64,000 nt of DNA from contig JBNRSN020000011.1 in the NCBI GenBank assembly GCA_051313645.2, forward strand, positions 930,001 to 994,000. Reading direction: 5' to 3'. Positions 26,443-41,400 of this stretch are shown here, in pieces. Every line of letters begins with the position of its first letter. Positions within the stretch are counted from its first letter, which is position 1. The notes under the pieces are model-generated. The model was not told where the DNA came from and did not search any database. It saw nothing but the letters and a program-made list of their open reading frames with translations. This DNA comes from Centroscyllium fabricii (lineage: Eukaryota). Both the position numbers and the translations under genes were made by a program.

Positions 26443-29400
26443 ATTACACTGGGAGATAAATCCCCTACCCTGGCACTGGAGGATAAATCCCCAACCCTGG
26501 CACTGGGCGATCAATCCCCTACCCTGGCACTGGGAGATCAATCCCCTACCCTGGCACTGGGCGATCAATCCCCTAATCTGGCACTGTGCGATCAATCCCC
26601 TAATTTGGCTCTGGGCGATCAATCCCCTACCCTGGCACTGGGCGATCAATCCCCTACCCTGGCACTGGGCGATCAATCCCCTACCCTGGCACTGGGCGAT
26701 CAATCCCCTACCCTGGCACTGGGCGATAAATTCCCTACCCTGGCACTGGGCGATCAATCCCCTCCCCTGGCACTGCGCGAGAAATCCCCTCCCCTGGCAC
26801 TGGGAGTTAAATCCCCTCCCCTGGCACTGGGAGTTAAATCCCCTCCCCTGGCACTGGGTGATAAATCCCCTCCCCTGGCATTGGGAGATCAATCCCCTAC
26901 TCTGGCACTGCGCGATAAATTCCCTACACTGACACTGGGCGATAAATCCCCTACCCTGGCACTGGGAGATAAATCCCCTACCCTGTCACTGGGAGATAAA
27001 TCCCCTACTCTGGCACTGGGAGATAAATCCCCATCCCTAGCACTGGGGAATAAATTCCCTACCATGGCACTGGGGATATATCACCTACTCTGGCACTGGG
27101 AGATAAATCCCCTACCCTGACACTGGGAAATAAATCTCCTACCCTTTACCTGGGAGATAATTGGCCTACCCTGGCACTGGGAGATAAATCCCCTACCTTG
27201 GCACTAGGAGATAATTCCCCTCGCCTGGCACTGGGAGAGCAACCCCTTACCCTGGCACTGGGCGGTCAACCCCCTACCCTGGCACTGGGCAGTCAACCCC
27301 CAACCCTGGCACTGGGCGATCAATCCCCTACCCTGGCACTGGAAGATTAATCCCCTACCTGCCACTGGGAGATAAATCCCCCACCCTGGCACTGGGGATA
27401 AATCCCCTCACATTACACTGGGAGATAAATCCCCTACCCCGGCACTGGGCCATCAATCCCCTACCCTGGCACTGGGCCATCAATCTCCTACCCTGGCACT
27501 GGGCGATCAATCCCCTACCCTGGCACTGGGCGATCAATCCCCTACCCTGGCACTGGGCGATCAATCCCCTACCCTGGCACTGGGCGATCGATCCCCTACC
27601 CTGGCACTGGGCGATCGATCCCCTACCCTGGCACTGGGAGATCACTCCCCTACCCTGGCACTGGGCGATAAATCGCCTACCCTGACACTGCGCAATAAAT
27701 CCCCAACCCTGGTACTGGGGGATAAATCCCCTACCCTGGCACTGGGGATATATCCCCTACTCTGGCACTGGGAGATAAATCCCCATAACTGACACTGGGA
27801 AATAAATCTACCCTGTACCTGGGGGATAATTCCCCATGCCTGGCACTGGTAGTCCAACCCCCTACCCTGGCACTGGGTGATTAATCTCCTACCCTGGGGC
27901 TGGGAGATCAATCTCCTACCCTGGCACTGGGAGATAAATCCCCTACCCTGGCACTTGGGGATAAATCCCCATCCCTGGGGTAGGAAGAAAAATCCCCTAC
28001 TCCGGCACTGGGGGATAAATTCCCTACCCTGGCACAGGCTGATATATCACCTGCCCTGGCACTAGGAGATACATCCCCTTCCCTGGCACTGGGGGATAAA
28101 TCCCCATCCCTGGGGCTGGGAGAAAAATCCCCTACTCTGGTGCTGAGGGATCAACCCCCTACCCTGGCACTGACTGATAAATCCCCTACTCTGGCACTGG
28201 GGGATAATTCTCCTCCCCTGGCACTGGCCGATAAATCCCCTACCCTGGCACTGGAAGATTAATCCCCTACCCTGGCACTGGGAGATAAATTGCCAACCCT
28301 GACTCTGGGAGATAAATCCCCTACCCTGGCACTGGGCAATCAATCCCCTACCCTGGCACTGGGCGATCAATCCCCACCCTGGCACTGGGTGATCAATCCC
28401 CTACCCTGGCACTGGGAGATCAATCCCCTACCCTGGCACTGGGCGATCAATCCCCTACCCTGGCACTGGGCGATCAATCCCCTACCCTGGCACTGGGCGA
28501 TCAATCCCCTACCCTGGCACTGGGCGATCAATCCCCTACCCTGGCACTGGGCGATCAATCCCCTACCCTGGCACTGGGCGATCAATCCCCTACCCTGGCA
28601 CTGGGCGATCAATCCCCTACCCTGGCACTGGGCGATCAATCCCCTACCCTGGCACTGGGCGATCAATCCCCTACCCTGGCACTAGGAGATAAATCCCCAT
28701 CTCTAGCACTGGGAGATAAATTCCCCACCCTGGCACTGGGAGATCAACCCCCTACCCTGACACTGGGCGATCAATCCCCTCCCCTGGCACTGGGTGATAA
28801 ATCCCCTCCCCTGACACTGGGGGATAAATCCTCTCCCCTGGCACTGAGCGATCAATCCCCTACCCTGGCACTGGGCGATAAATCTCCTACCCTGGCACTG
28901 GGAGATAAATCCCCATACCCTGTCACTGGGAGATAATTCCCCTACCCTGACACTGGGAGATAAATCGCCATCTCTAGCACTGGGAAGATAAATCACCTAC
29001 CCTGGCACTGGTGATATATCCCCTACTCTAGCACTGGGAGATAAATCCCCTACCCTGATACTGGGAAATAAATCTCCTACCCTGTACCTGGGAGATAATT
29101 GCCCTACCCTGGCACTGGGAGATAAATCACCTATCCTGGCACTGGGAGATAGATCCCCTACACTGGCACTGGGAGCTCAATCCCCTAACCTGGCACTGGG
29201 CGATAAATGTTCTCCTCTGGCACTGGGAGATCAAATCCCCACCCTGGCCCTGGGAAATCAATTCCCCACCCTCGCACTGGGAGATCAATTCCCCACCCTG
29301 TCACTGGGCGATCAATCCATTACCCTAGCGCTGGGAGATCAATCGCCTAGCCTGGCACTGGAAGATATATCCCCTACCCTGGCACTGGGAGATATATCCC

Positions 29401-32400
29401 CTACCCTGGCGTTGGGCGATAAATCCCCTACTCTGGCACTGGGAGATCAGTCCCCTCTCCTGGCACTGACCGACAAATCGCCTACCGTGGCACTGGGGGT
29501 TAACCCCCTACGCTGGCACTGGGAGATCAATCCCATTCCCTGGGGCTGGGAGATCAATCTCCTACCCTGGCACTAGGAAATAAATCCTCTCCTCTGGCAC
29601 TGGGGTTAAATCCCCTTGCCTGGCACTGGGAGATCCACCCCTACCCTGGCACTGGGAGATTAATCCCCTCCCCTGGCATTGGGAGATCAATCCCCTACCC
29701 TGGCACTGGCCGATAAATTCCCTACCCTGACACTGGGCGATAAATTCCCTACCCTGGCACTGGGAGATAAATCCCCTACCCTGTCACTGGGAGATAAATC
29801 CCCTACCCCGGCACTGGGAGATAAATCCCCATCCCTAGCACTGGGGGATAAATTCCCTACCATGGCACTGGGGATATATCACCTACTCTGGCACTGGGAG
29901 ATAAATCGCCTACCCTGACACTGGGAAATAAATCTCCTACCCTTTACCTGGGAGATAATTGGCCTACCCTGGCACTGGGAGATAAATCCCCTACCCTGGC
30001 ACTGGGAGATAAATCCCCTACCCTGGCACTGGGAGATAATTCCCCTCACCTGGCACTGGGACAGCAACCCCCTACCCTGGCACTGGGCGGTCAACCCCTT
30101 ACCCTGGCACTGGGCGATCAATCCCCTACCCTGGCACTGGAAGATTAATCACCTACCTGGCACTGGGAGATAAATCCCCTACCCTGGCACTGGGGATAAA
30201 TCCCCTACCCTGGCACTGGGAGATAGATCCTCTCCCTGGCACTGGGAGATCAATCCCCTCCCATTACACTGGGAGATAAATCCCCTACCCCGGCACTGGG
30301 CGATCAATCCCCTACCCTGGCGCTGGGCGATCAATCCCCTACCCTGGCACTGGACAATCAATCGCCTACCCTGGCACTGTGCGATCAATCGCCTACCCTG
30401 GCACTGGGAGATCAATCCCCTACCCTGGCACTGGGCGATCAGTACCCTACCATGGCACTGGGCGATCAATCCCCTACCATGGCACTGGGCGATCAATCCC
30501 CTACCCTGGCACTGGGCGATCAATCCCCTACCCTGGCACTGGGCGATCAATCCCCTACCCTGGCACTGGGAGATAAATTCCCTACCCTGGCACTGGGCGA
30601 TCAATCCCCTACCCTGGCACTGGGAGATCAATCGCCTATTCTGGCACTGGGGATAAATCCCCTTCCCTGGCACTGGGGATAAATCCCCTACCCTGGCACT
30701 GGGGATAAATCTCCTACCCTGTCACTGGGGATAAATCCCCTACCCTGGCACTGGGGATAAATCCCCGACCCTGGCACTGGGAGATAGATCCTCTCCCTGG
30801 CACTGTGAGCTCAATCCCCTCCCATTACACTGGGAGATAAATCCACTACCCCGGCACTGGGCGATCAATCCCCTACCCCGGCGCTGGGCGATCAATCCCC
30901 TACCCTGGCACTGGGCGATCAATCCCCTACCCTGGCACTGGGAGATCAATCCCCTACCCTGGCACTGGGCGATCAATCCCCTATCCTGGAGCTGGAAGAT
31001 CAATCCCCTCCCATGACACCGGGAGATAAATCCCCATCCCTGTCACTGGGAGATAATTCCCCTACCCTGGCACTGGGAGATAAATCCCCATCTCTAGAAC
31101 TGGGGGATAAATCCCCTACTCTGGCACTGGGGATATATCTCCTACCCTGTACCTGGTAGATAATTGGCCTACCCTGGCACTGGGCGATCAATCCCCTACC
31201 CTGGCACTGGGAGATAAATCCCCTACCCTGGCACTGGGAGATAAATCCCCTAACCTGTCACTGGGAGATAAATCCCCTACCCCGGCACTGGGAGATAAAT
31301 CCCCATTCCTAGCACTGGGGGATAAATTCCCTACCATGGCACTGGGGATATATCACCTAATCTGGCACTGGGAGATAAATCCCCTAACCTGATACTGGGA
31401 AATAAATCTCCTACCCTGTACATGGGAGATAATTGGCCTACCCTGGCACTGGGAGATAAATCCCCTACCCTGGCACTGGGGATAAATCCCCTACCCTGGC
31501 ATTGGGAGATAGATCCTCTCCCTGGCACTGGGAGATCAATCCCCTCCCATTACACTGGGAGATAAATCCCCTACCCCGGCACTGGACAATCAATCGCCTA
31601 CCCTGGCACTGTGCGATCAATTGCCTACCCTGGCACTGGGAGATCAATCCCCTACCCTGGCACTGGGAGATCAATACCCTACCATGGCACTGGGCGATCA
31701 ATCACCTACCATGGCACTGGGAGATCAATACCCTACCCTGGCACTGGGCGATCAATCCCCTACCCTGGCACTGGGCGATCAATCCCCTAACCTGGCACTG
31801 GGCGATCATTCCCCTACCCTGGCACTGGGAGATAAATTCCCTACCCTGGCACTGGGAGATCAATACCCTACCATGGCACTGGGCGATCAATCCCCTACCA
31901 TGGCACTGGGCGATCAATCGCCTACCCTGGCACTGGACAATCAATCACCTACCCTGGCACTGTGCGATCAGTCGCCTCCCCTGGCACTGGGCGATCAATC
32001 CCCTACCCTGGCACTGGGCGATCAATCCCCTACCCTGGCACTGGGCGATCAATCCCCTACCCTGGCACTGGGCGATCAATCCCCTACCCTGGCACTGGGA
32101 GATAAATTCCCTACCCTGGCACTGGGCGATCAATCCCCTACCCTGGCACTGGGAGATCAATCGCCTATTCAGGCACTGGACGATCAATCCCCTACCCTGG
32201 CCCTGGAGATAAATCTCCTAACCTGGCACTAGGCGATCAATCCCCTACCCTGGCACTGGGAGATCAATCCCCTACCCTGGCACTGGGAGATCAATCCCCT
32301 ACCCTGGCACTGGGAGATCAATCCCCTACCCTGACACTGGGCGATAAATCCCCTACCCTGGCACTGGGAGATAAATCCCCGACCCTGTCACTGGGAGATA

Positions 32401-35400
32401 AATCTCCTACCCTGTACCTGAGAGATAATTGGCCTGCACTGGGAGATAAATCCCCTACCCTGGCACTGGGAGATAAATTCCCTACCCTGGCACTGGGCGA
32501 TCAATCCCCTACCCTGGCACTGGGAGATCAATCGCCTATTCTGGCACTGGGCGATCAATCCCCTACCCTGGCCCTGGAGATAAATCTCCTAACCTGGCAC
32601 TAGGCGATCAATCCCCTACCCTGGCACTGGGAGATCAATCCCCTACCCTGGCACTGGGAGATCAATCCCCTACCCTGGCACTGGGAGATCAATCCCCTAC
32701 CCTGACACTGGGCGATAAATCCCCTACCCTGGCACTGGGAGATAAATCCCCGACCCTGTCACTGGGAGATAAATCTCCTACCCTGTACCTGAGAGATAAT
32801 TGGCCTGCACTGGGAGATAAATCCCCTACCCTGGCACTGGGAGATAAATTCCCTACCCTGGCACTGGGCGATCAATCCCCTACCCTGGCACTGGGAGATC
32901 AATTGCCTATTCTGGCACTGGGCGATCAATCCCCTACCCTGGCCCTGGAGATAAATCTCCTAACCTGGCACTAGGCGATCAATCCCCTACCCTGGCACTT
33001 GGAGATCAATCCCCTACCCTGGCACTGGGAGATCAATCCCCTACCCTGGCACTGGGAGATCAATCCCCTACCCTGACACTGGGCGATAAATCCCCTACCC
33101 TGGCACTGGGAGATAAATCCCCGACCCTGTCACTGGGAGATAAATCTCCTACCCTGTACCTGAGAGATAATTGGCCTGCACTGGGAGATAAATCCCCTAC
33201 CCTGGCACTGGGAGATAATTCCCCTACCCTGGCACTGGGAGATAATTCCCCTCGCCTGGCACTGGGAGAGCAACCCCTGCCCTGACACTGGGCGGTCAAC
33301 CCCCTACCCTGACACTGGGCGGTCAATACCCTACCCTGGCACTGGAAGATTAATCCCCTACCTGGCACTGGGAGATAAATCCCCTACCCTGGCACTGGGG
33401 ATAAATCTCCTACCCTGGCACTGGGGATAAATCCCCTACCCTGGGCACTGGGGATAAATCCCCTACCCTGGCACTGGGGATAAATCCCCTACCCTGGCAC
33501 TGGGGATAAATCCCCCACCCTGGCACTGGGGTTAAATCCCCCACCCTGGCACTGGGCGATCAATCCCCTACCCTGGCACTGGGCGATCAATCCCCTACCC
33601 TGGCACTGGGGATAAATCCCCTACCCTGGCACTGGGAGATCAATCCCCCACCCTGGCACTGGGCGATCAATCCCCTACCCTGGCACTGGGCAATCAATCC
33701 CCTACCCTGGCACTGGGAGATCAATCCCCTACCCTGGCACTGGGAGATCAATCCCCTACGCTGGCACTGGGAGATCAATCCCCTACCATGGCACTGAGCG
33801 ATCAATCTCCTACCCTGGCACTGGGAGATCATTCGCCTACCCTGGCACTGGGCGATGAATCCCCTACCCTGGCACTGGGCAATCAATCCCCTACCCTGGC
33901 ACTGGCGATCCACCCCTACCCTGGCACTGGGCGATCCACCCCTACCCTGGCACTGGGAGATCAATCCCCTACCCTGGCACTGGGAGATAAATCCCCATAC
34001 CTGGCACTGGGAGATAAATCTCCATACCTGGCACTAGGCGATCAATCGCCTACCCTGGCACTGGGCGATCAATCCCCTACCCTGGCACTGGGAGATAAAT
34101 TCCCTACCCTGGCACTGGGCGATTAATCCCCTACCCTGGCACTGGGAGATAAATCCTCTCCATTGGTACTGGGGGATAAATCCTCTCGCCTGACACTGGG
34201 CGATCAATCCCCTACCCTGGCACGGGGCGATCAATCACCTAACCTGGCACTGGGCGATCAATCCCCTACCCTGGCACTGGGAGATAAATTCCCTACCCTG
34301 GCACTGGGCGATTAATCCCCTACCCTGGCACTGAGAGAGAAATCCCCTCCCCTAGCACTGGGGGATAAATCCTCTCGCCTGACACTGGGAGATCAATCAC
34401 CAACCCTGTACTGGGCAATAAATCCCCTACCCTGGCACTGGGAGATAATTTCCCTACCCTGTCACTGGGAGATAATTCCCCATCTCTAGCACTGGGGGAT
34501 AAATCCCCTACTCTGGCATTGGGGATATATCTCCTACCCTGTACCTGGGAGTTAATTGGCCTACCCTGGAACTGGGCGATCAATCCCCTACCCTGACACT
34601 GGGCGATAAATCCCTTACCCTGGCACTGGGAGCTAAATCCCCTACCCCCGGCACTGGGAGATAAATCCCCATCCCTAGCACTGGGGGATAAATTCCCTAC
34701 CATGGCACTGGGGATATGTCACCTACTCTGGCACTGGGAGATAAATCCCCTACCCTGGCACTGGGCGATCAATCCCCTACCCTGGCACTGGGAGATCAAT
34801 CGCCTATTCTGGCACTGGGCGATCAATCCCCTACCCTGGCCCTGGAGATAAATCTCCTAACCTGGCACTAGGCGATCAATCCCCTACCCTGGCACTGGGC
34901 GATCGATCCCCTACCCTGGCACTGGGCGATCGATCCCCTACCCTGGCACTGGGAGATCACTCCCCTACCCTGGCACTGGGCGATAAATCGCCTACCCTGA
35001 CACTGCGCAATAAATCCCCAACCCTGGTACTGGGGGATAAATCCCCTACCCTGGCACTGGGGATATATCCCCTACTCTGGCACTGGGAGATAAATCCCCA
35101 TAACTGACACTGGGAAATAAATCTACCCTGTACCTGGGGGATAATTCCCCATGCCTGGCACTGGTAGTCCAACCCCCTACCCTGACACTGGGTGATTAAT
35201 CTCCTACCCTGGGGCTGGGAGATCAATCTCCTACCCTGGCACTGGGAGATAAATCCCCTACCCTGGCACTTGGGGATAAATCCCCATCCCTGGGGTAGGA
35301 AGAAAAATCCCCTACTCCGGCACTAGGGGATAAATTCCCTACCCTGGCACAGGCTGATATATCACCTGCCCTGGCACTAGGAGATACATCCCCTTCCCTG

Positions 35401-38400
35401 GCACTGGGGGATAAATCCCCATCCCTGGGGCTGGGAGAAAAATCCCCTACTCTGGCGCTGAGGGATCAACCCCCTACCCTGGCACTGACTGATAAATCCC
35501 CTACTCTGGCACTGGGGGATAATTCTCCTCCCCTGGCACTGGCCGATAAATCCCCTACCCTGGCACTGGAAGATTAATCCCCTACCCTGGCACTGGGAGA
35601 TAAATTGCCAACCCTGACTCTGGGAGATAAATCCCCTACCCTGGCACTGGGCAATCAATCCCCTACCCTGGCACTGGGCGATCAATCCCCACCCTGGCAC
35701 TGGGTGATCAATCCCCTACCCTGGCACTGGGAGATCAATCCCCTACCCTGGCACTGGGCGATCAATCCCCTACCCTGGCACTGGGCGATCAATCCCCTAC
35801 CCTGGCACTGGGCGATCAATCCCCTACCCTGACACTGGGCGATCAATCCCCTACCCTGGCACTGGGCGATCAATCCCCTACCCTGGCACTGGGTGATCAA
35901 TCCCCTACCCTGGCACTGGGCGATCAATCCCCTACCCTGGCACTGGGCGATCAATCCCCTACCCTGGCACTAGGAGATAAATCCCCATCTCTAGCACTGG
36001 GTGATAAATTCCCCACCCTGGCACTGGGAGATCAATCCCCTACCCTGACACTGGGCGATCAATCCCCTCCCCTGGCACTGGGCGATAAATCCCCTCCCCT
36101 GACACTGGGGGATAAATCCTCTCCCCTGGCACTGAGCGATCAATCCCCTACCCTGGCACTGGGCGATAAATCTCCTACCCTGGCACTGGGAGATAAATCC
36201 CCATACCCTGTCACTGGGAGATAATTCCCCTACCCTGACACTGGGAGATAAATCGCCATCTCTAGCACTGGGAAGATAAATCACCTACCCTGGCACTGGT
36301 GATATATCCCCTACTCTAGCACTGGGAGATAAATCCCCTACCCTGATACTGGGAAATAAATCTCCTACCCTGTACCTGGGAGATAATTGCCCTACCCTGG
36401 CACTGGGAGATAAATCGCCTATCCTGGCACTGGGAGATAGATCCCCTACACTGGCACTGGGAGCTCAATCCCCTAACCTGGCACTGGGCGATAAATGTTC
36501 TCCTCTGGCACTGGGAGATCAATTCCCCACCCTGGCCCTGGGAAATCAATTCCCCACCCTGGCACTGGGAGATCAATTCCCCACCCTGTCACTGGGCGAT
36601 CAATCCATTACCCTGGCGCTGGGAGATCAATCGCCTAGCCTGGCACTGGAAGATATATCCCCTACCCTGGCACTGGGAGATATATCCCCTACCCTGGCGT
36701 TGGGCGATAAATCCCCTACTCTGGCACTGGGAGATCAGTCCCCTCTCCTGGCACTGACCGACAAATCGCCTACCGTGGCACTGGGGGTTAACCCCCTACG
36801 CTGGCACTGGGAGATCAATCCCATTCCCTGGGGCTGGGAGATCAATCTCCTACCCTGGCACTAGGAAATAAATCCTCTCCTCTGGCACTGGGGTTAAATC
36901 CCCTTGCCTGGCACTGGGAGATCCACCCCTACCCTGGCACTGGGAGATTAATCCCCTCCCCTGGCATTGGGAGATCAATCCCCTACCCTGGCACTGGCCG
37001 ATAAATTCCCTACCCTGACACTGGGCGATAAATTCCCTACCCTGGCACTGGGAGATAAATCCCCTACCCTGTCACTGGGAGATAAATCCCCTACCCCGGC
37101 ACTGGGAGATAAATCCCCATCCCTAGCACTGGGGGATAAATTCCCTACCATGGCACTGGGGATATATCACCTACTCTGGCACTGGGAGATAAATCGCCTA
37201 CCCTGACACTGGGAAATAAATCTCCTACCCTTTACCTGGGAGATAATTGGCCTACCCTGGCACTGGGAGATAAATCCCCTACCCTGGCACTGGGAGATAA
37301 ATCCCCTACCCTGGCACTGGGAGATAATTCCCCTCACCTGGCACTGGGACAGCAACCCCCTACCCTGGCACTGGGCGGTCAACCCCTTACCCTGGCACTG
37401 GGCGATCAATCCCCTACCCTGGCACTGGAAGATTAATCACCTACCTGGCACTGGGAGATAAATCCCCTACCCTGGCACTGGGGATAAATCCCCTACCCTG
37501 GCACTGGGAGATAGATCCTCTCCCTGGCACTGGGAGATCAATCCCCTCCCATTACACTGGGAGATAAATCCCCTACCCCGGCACTGGGCGATAAATCCCC
37601 TACCCTGGCGCTGGGCGATCAATCCCCTACCCTGGCACTGGACAATCAATCGCCTACCCTGGCACTGTGCGATCAATCGCCTACCCTGGCACTGGGAGAT
37701 CAATCCCCTACCCTGGCACTGGGCGATCAATACCCTACCATGGCACTGGGCGATCAATCCCCTACCATGGCACTGGGCGATCAATCCCCTACCCTGGCAC
37801 TGGGCGATCAATCCCCTACCCTGGCACTGGGCGATCAATCCCCTACCCTGGCACTGGGAGATAAATTCCCTACCCTGGCACTGGGCGATCAATCCCCTAC
37901 CCTGGCACTGGGAGATCAATCGCCTATTCTGGCACTGGGCGATCAATCCCCTACCCTGGCCCTGGAGATAAATCTCCTAACCTGGCACTGGGAGATCAAT
38001 CCCCTACCCTGGCACTGGGAGATCAATCCCCTACCCTGGCACTGGGAGATCAATCCCCTACCCTGGCACTGGGAGATCAATCCCCTACCCTGACACTGGG
38101 CGTAAATCCCCTACCCTGGCACTGGGAGATAAATCCCCGACCCTGTCACTGGGAGATAAATCTCCTACCCTGTACCTGAGAGGAAATTGGCCTGCACTGG
38201 GAGATAAATCCCCTACCCTGGCACTGGGAGATAATTCCCCTCGCCTGGCACTGGGCGGTCAACCCCCTACCCTGGCACTGGGCGATCAACCCCCTACCCT
38301 GGCACTGGGCGATCAATACCCTACCCTGGCACTGGGAGATAAATCCCCTACCCTGGCACTGGGGATAAATCCCCTTCCCTGGCACTGGGGATAAATCCCC

Positions 38401-41400
38401 TACCGTGGCACTGGGGATAAATCCCCTACCCTGGCACTGGGGATAAATCTCCGACCCTGGCACTGGGAGATAGATCCTCTCCCTGGCACTGTGAGCTCAA
38501 TCCCCTCCCATTACACTGGGAGATAAATCCACTACCCCGGCACTGGGCGATCAATCCCCTACCCCGGCGCTGGGCGATCAATCCCCTACCCTGGCACTGG
38601 GCGATCAATCCCCTACCCTGGCACTGGGAGATAAATCCCCTACCCTGGCACTGGGCGATCAATCCCCTATCCTGGAGCTGGAAGATCAATCCCCTCCCAT
38701 GACACCGGGAGATAAATCCCCATCCCTGTCACTGGGAGATAATTCCCCTACCCTGGCACTGGGAGATAAATCCCCATCTCTAGAACTGGGGGATAAATCC
38801 CCTACTCTGGCACTGGGGATATATCTCCTACCCTGTACCTGGTAGATAATTGGCCTACCCTGGCACTGGGCGATCAATCCCCTACCCTGGCACTGGGAGA
38901 TAAATCCCCATTCCTAGCACTGGGGGATAAATTCCCTACCATGGCACTGGGGATATATCACCTAATCTGGCCTACCCTGGCACTGGGAGATAAATCCCCT
39001 ACCCTGGCACTGGGGATAAATCCCCTACCCTGGCATTGGGAGATAGATCCTCTCCCTGGCACTGGGAGATCAATCCCCTCCCATTACACTGGGAGATAAA
39101 TCCCCTACCCCGGCACTGGACAATCAATCGCCTACCCTGGCACTGTGCGATCAATTGCCTACCCTGGCACTGGGAGATCAATCCCCTACCCTGGCACTGG
39201 GAGATCAATACCCTACCCTGGCACTGGGCGATCCACCCCTACCCTGGCACTGGGAGATCAATCCCCTACCCTGGCACTGGGAGATAAATCCCCATAACTG
39301 GCACTGGGAGATAAATCTCCATACCTGGCACTAGGCGATCAATCGCCTACCCTGGCACTGGGCGATCAATCCCCTACCCTGGCACTGGGAGATAAATTCC
39401 CTACCCTGGCACTGGGCGATTAATCCCCTACCCTGGCACTGGGAGATAAATCCTCTCCATTGGTACTGGGGGATAAATCCTCTCGCCTGACACTGGGCGA
39501 TCAATCCCCTACCCTGGCACAGGGCGATCAATCACCTAACCTGGCACTGGGCGATCAATCCCCTACCCTGGCACTGGGAGATAAATTCCCTACCCTGGCA
39601 CTGGGCGATTAATCCCCTACCCTGGCACTGAGAGAGAAATCCCCTCCCCTAGCACTGGGAGATAAATCCTCTCCCTTGGCACTGGGGGATAAATCCTCTC
39701 GCCTGACACTGGGAGATCAATCACCAACCCTGTACTGGGCAATAAATCCCCTACCCTGGCACTGGGAGATAATTCCCCTACCCTGTCACTGGGAGATAAT
39801 TCCCCATCTCTAGCACTGGGGGATAAATCCCCTACTCTGGCATTGGGGATATATCTCCTACCCTGTACCTGGGAGTTAATTGGCCTACCCTGGAACTGGG
39901 CGATCAATCCCCTACCCTGACACTGGGCGATAAATCCCTTACCCTGGCACTGGGAGCTAAATCCCCTACCCTGTCACTGGGAGATAAATCCCCTACCCCC
40001 GGCACTGGGAGATAAATCCCCATCCCTAGCACTGGGGGATAAATTCCCTACCATGGCACTGGGGATATGTCACCTACTCTGGCACTGGGAGAAAAATCCC
40101 CTACCCTGGCACTGGGCGATCAATCCCCTACCCTGGCACTGGGAGATCAATCGCCTATTCTGGCACTGGGCGATCAATCCCCTACCCTGGCCCTGGAGAT
40201 AAATCTCCTAACCTGGCACTAGGCGATCAATCCCCTACCCTGGCACTGGGAGATCAATCCCCTACCCTGGCACTGGGAGATCAATCCCCTAAACTGGCAC
40301 TGGGAGATCAATCCCCTACCCTGGCACTGGGAGATCAATCCCCTACCCTGACACTGGGCGATAAATCCCCTACCCTGGCACTGGGAGATAAATCCCCGAC
40401 CCTGTCACTGGGAGATAAATCTCCTACCCTGTACCTGAGAGATAATTGGCCTGCACTGGGAGATAAATCCCCTACCCTGGCACTGGGAGATGAATCCCCT
40501 ACCCTGGCACTGGGAGATAATTCCCCTCGCCTGGCACTGGGAGAGCAACCCCTGCTCTGACACTGGGCGGTCAACCCCCTACCCTGGCACTGGGCGATCA
40601 ATACCCTACCCTGGCACTGGAAGATCAATCCCCTACCTGGCACTGGGAGATAAATCCCCTACCCTGGCACTGGGAGATAAATCCCCTACCCTGGCACTGG
40701 GGATAAATCCCCTTCCCTGGCACTGGGGATAAATCCCCTACCCTGGCACTGCGGATAAATCCCCTACCCTGGGCACTGGGGATAAATCCCCGACCCTGGC
40801 ACTGGGAGATAGATCCTCTCCCTGGCACTGGGAGCTCAATCCCCTCCCATTACACTGGGAGATAAATCCACTACCCCGGCACTGGGCGATCAATCCCCTA
40901 CCCCGGCGCTGGGCGATCAATCCCCTACCCTGGCACTTTTCGATCAATCCCCTAACCTGGCACTGGGCGATCAATCCCCTACCCTGGCACTGGGCGATCA
41001 ATCCCCTATCCTGGAGCTGGAAGATCAATCCCCTCCCATGACACCGGGAGATAAATCCCCATCCCTGTCACTGGGAGATAATTCCCCTACCCTGGCACTG
41101 GGAGATAAATCCCCATCTCTAGAACTGGGGGATAAATCCCCTACTCTGGCACTGGGGATATATCTCCTACCCTGTACCTGGTAGATAATTGGCCTACCCT
41201 GGCACTGGGCGATCAATCCCCTACCCTGGCACTGGGAGATAAATCCCCTACCCTGTCACTGGGAGATAAATCCCCTACCCCGGCACTGGGAGATAAATCC
41301 CCATTCCTAGCACTGGGGGATAAATTCCCTACCATGGCACTGGGAAATAAATCTCCTACCCTGTACATGGGAGATAATTGGCCTACCCTGGCACTGGGAG

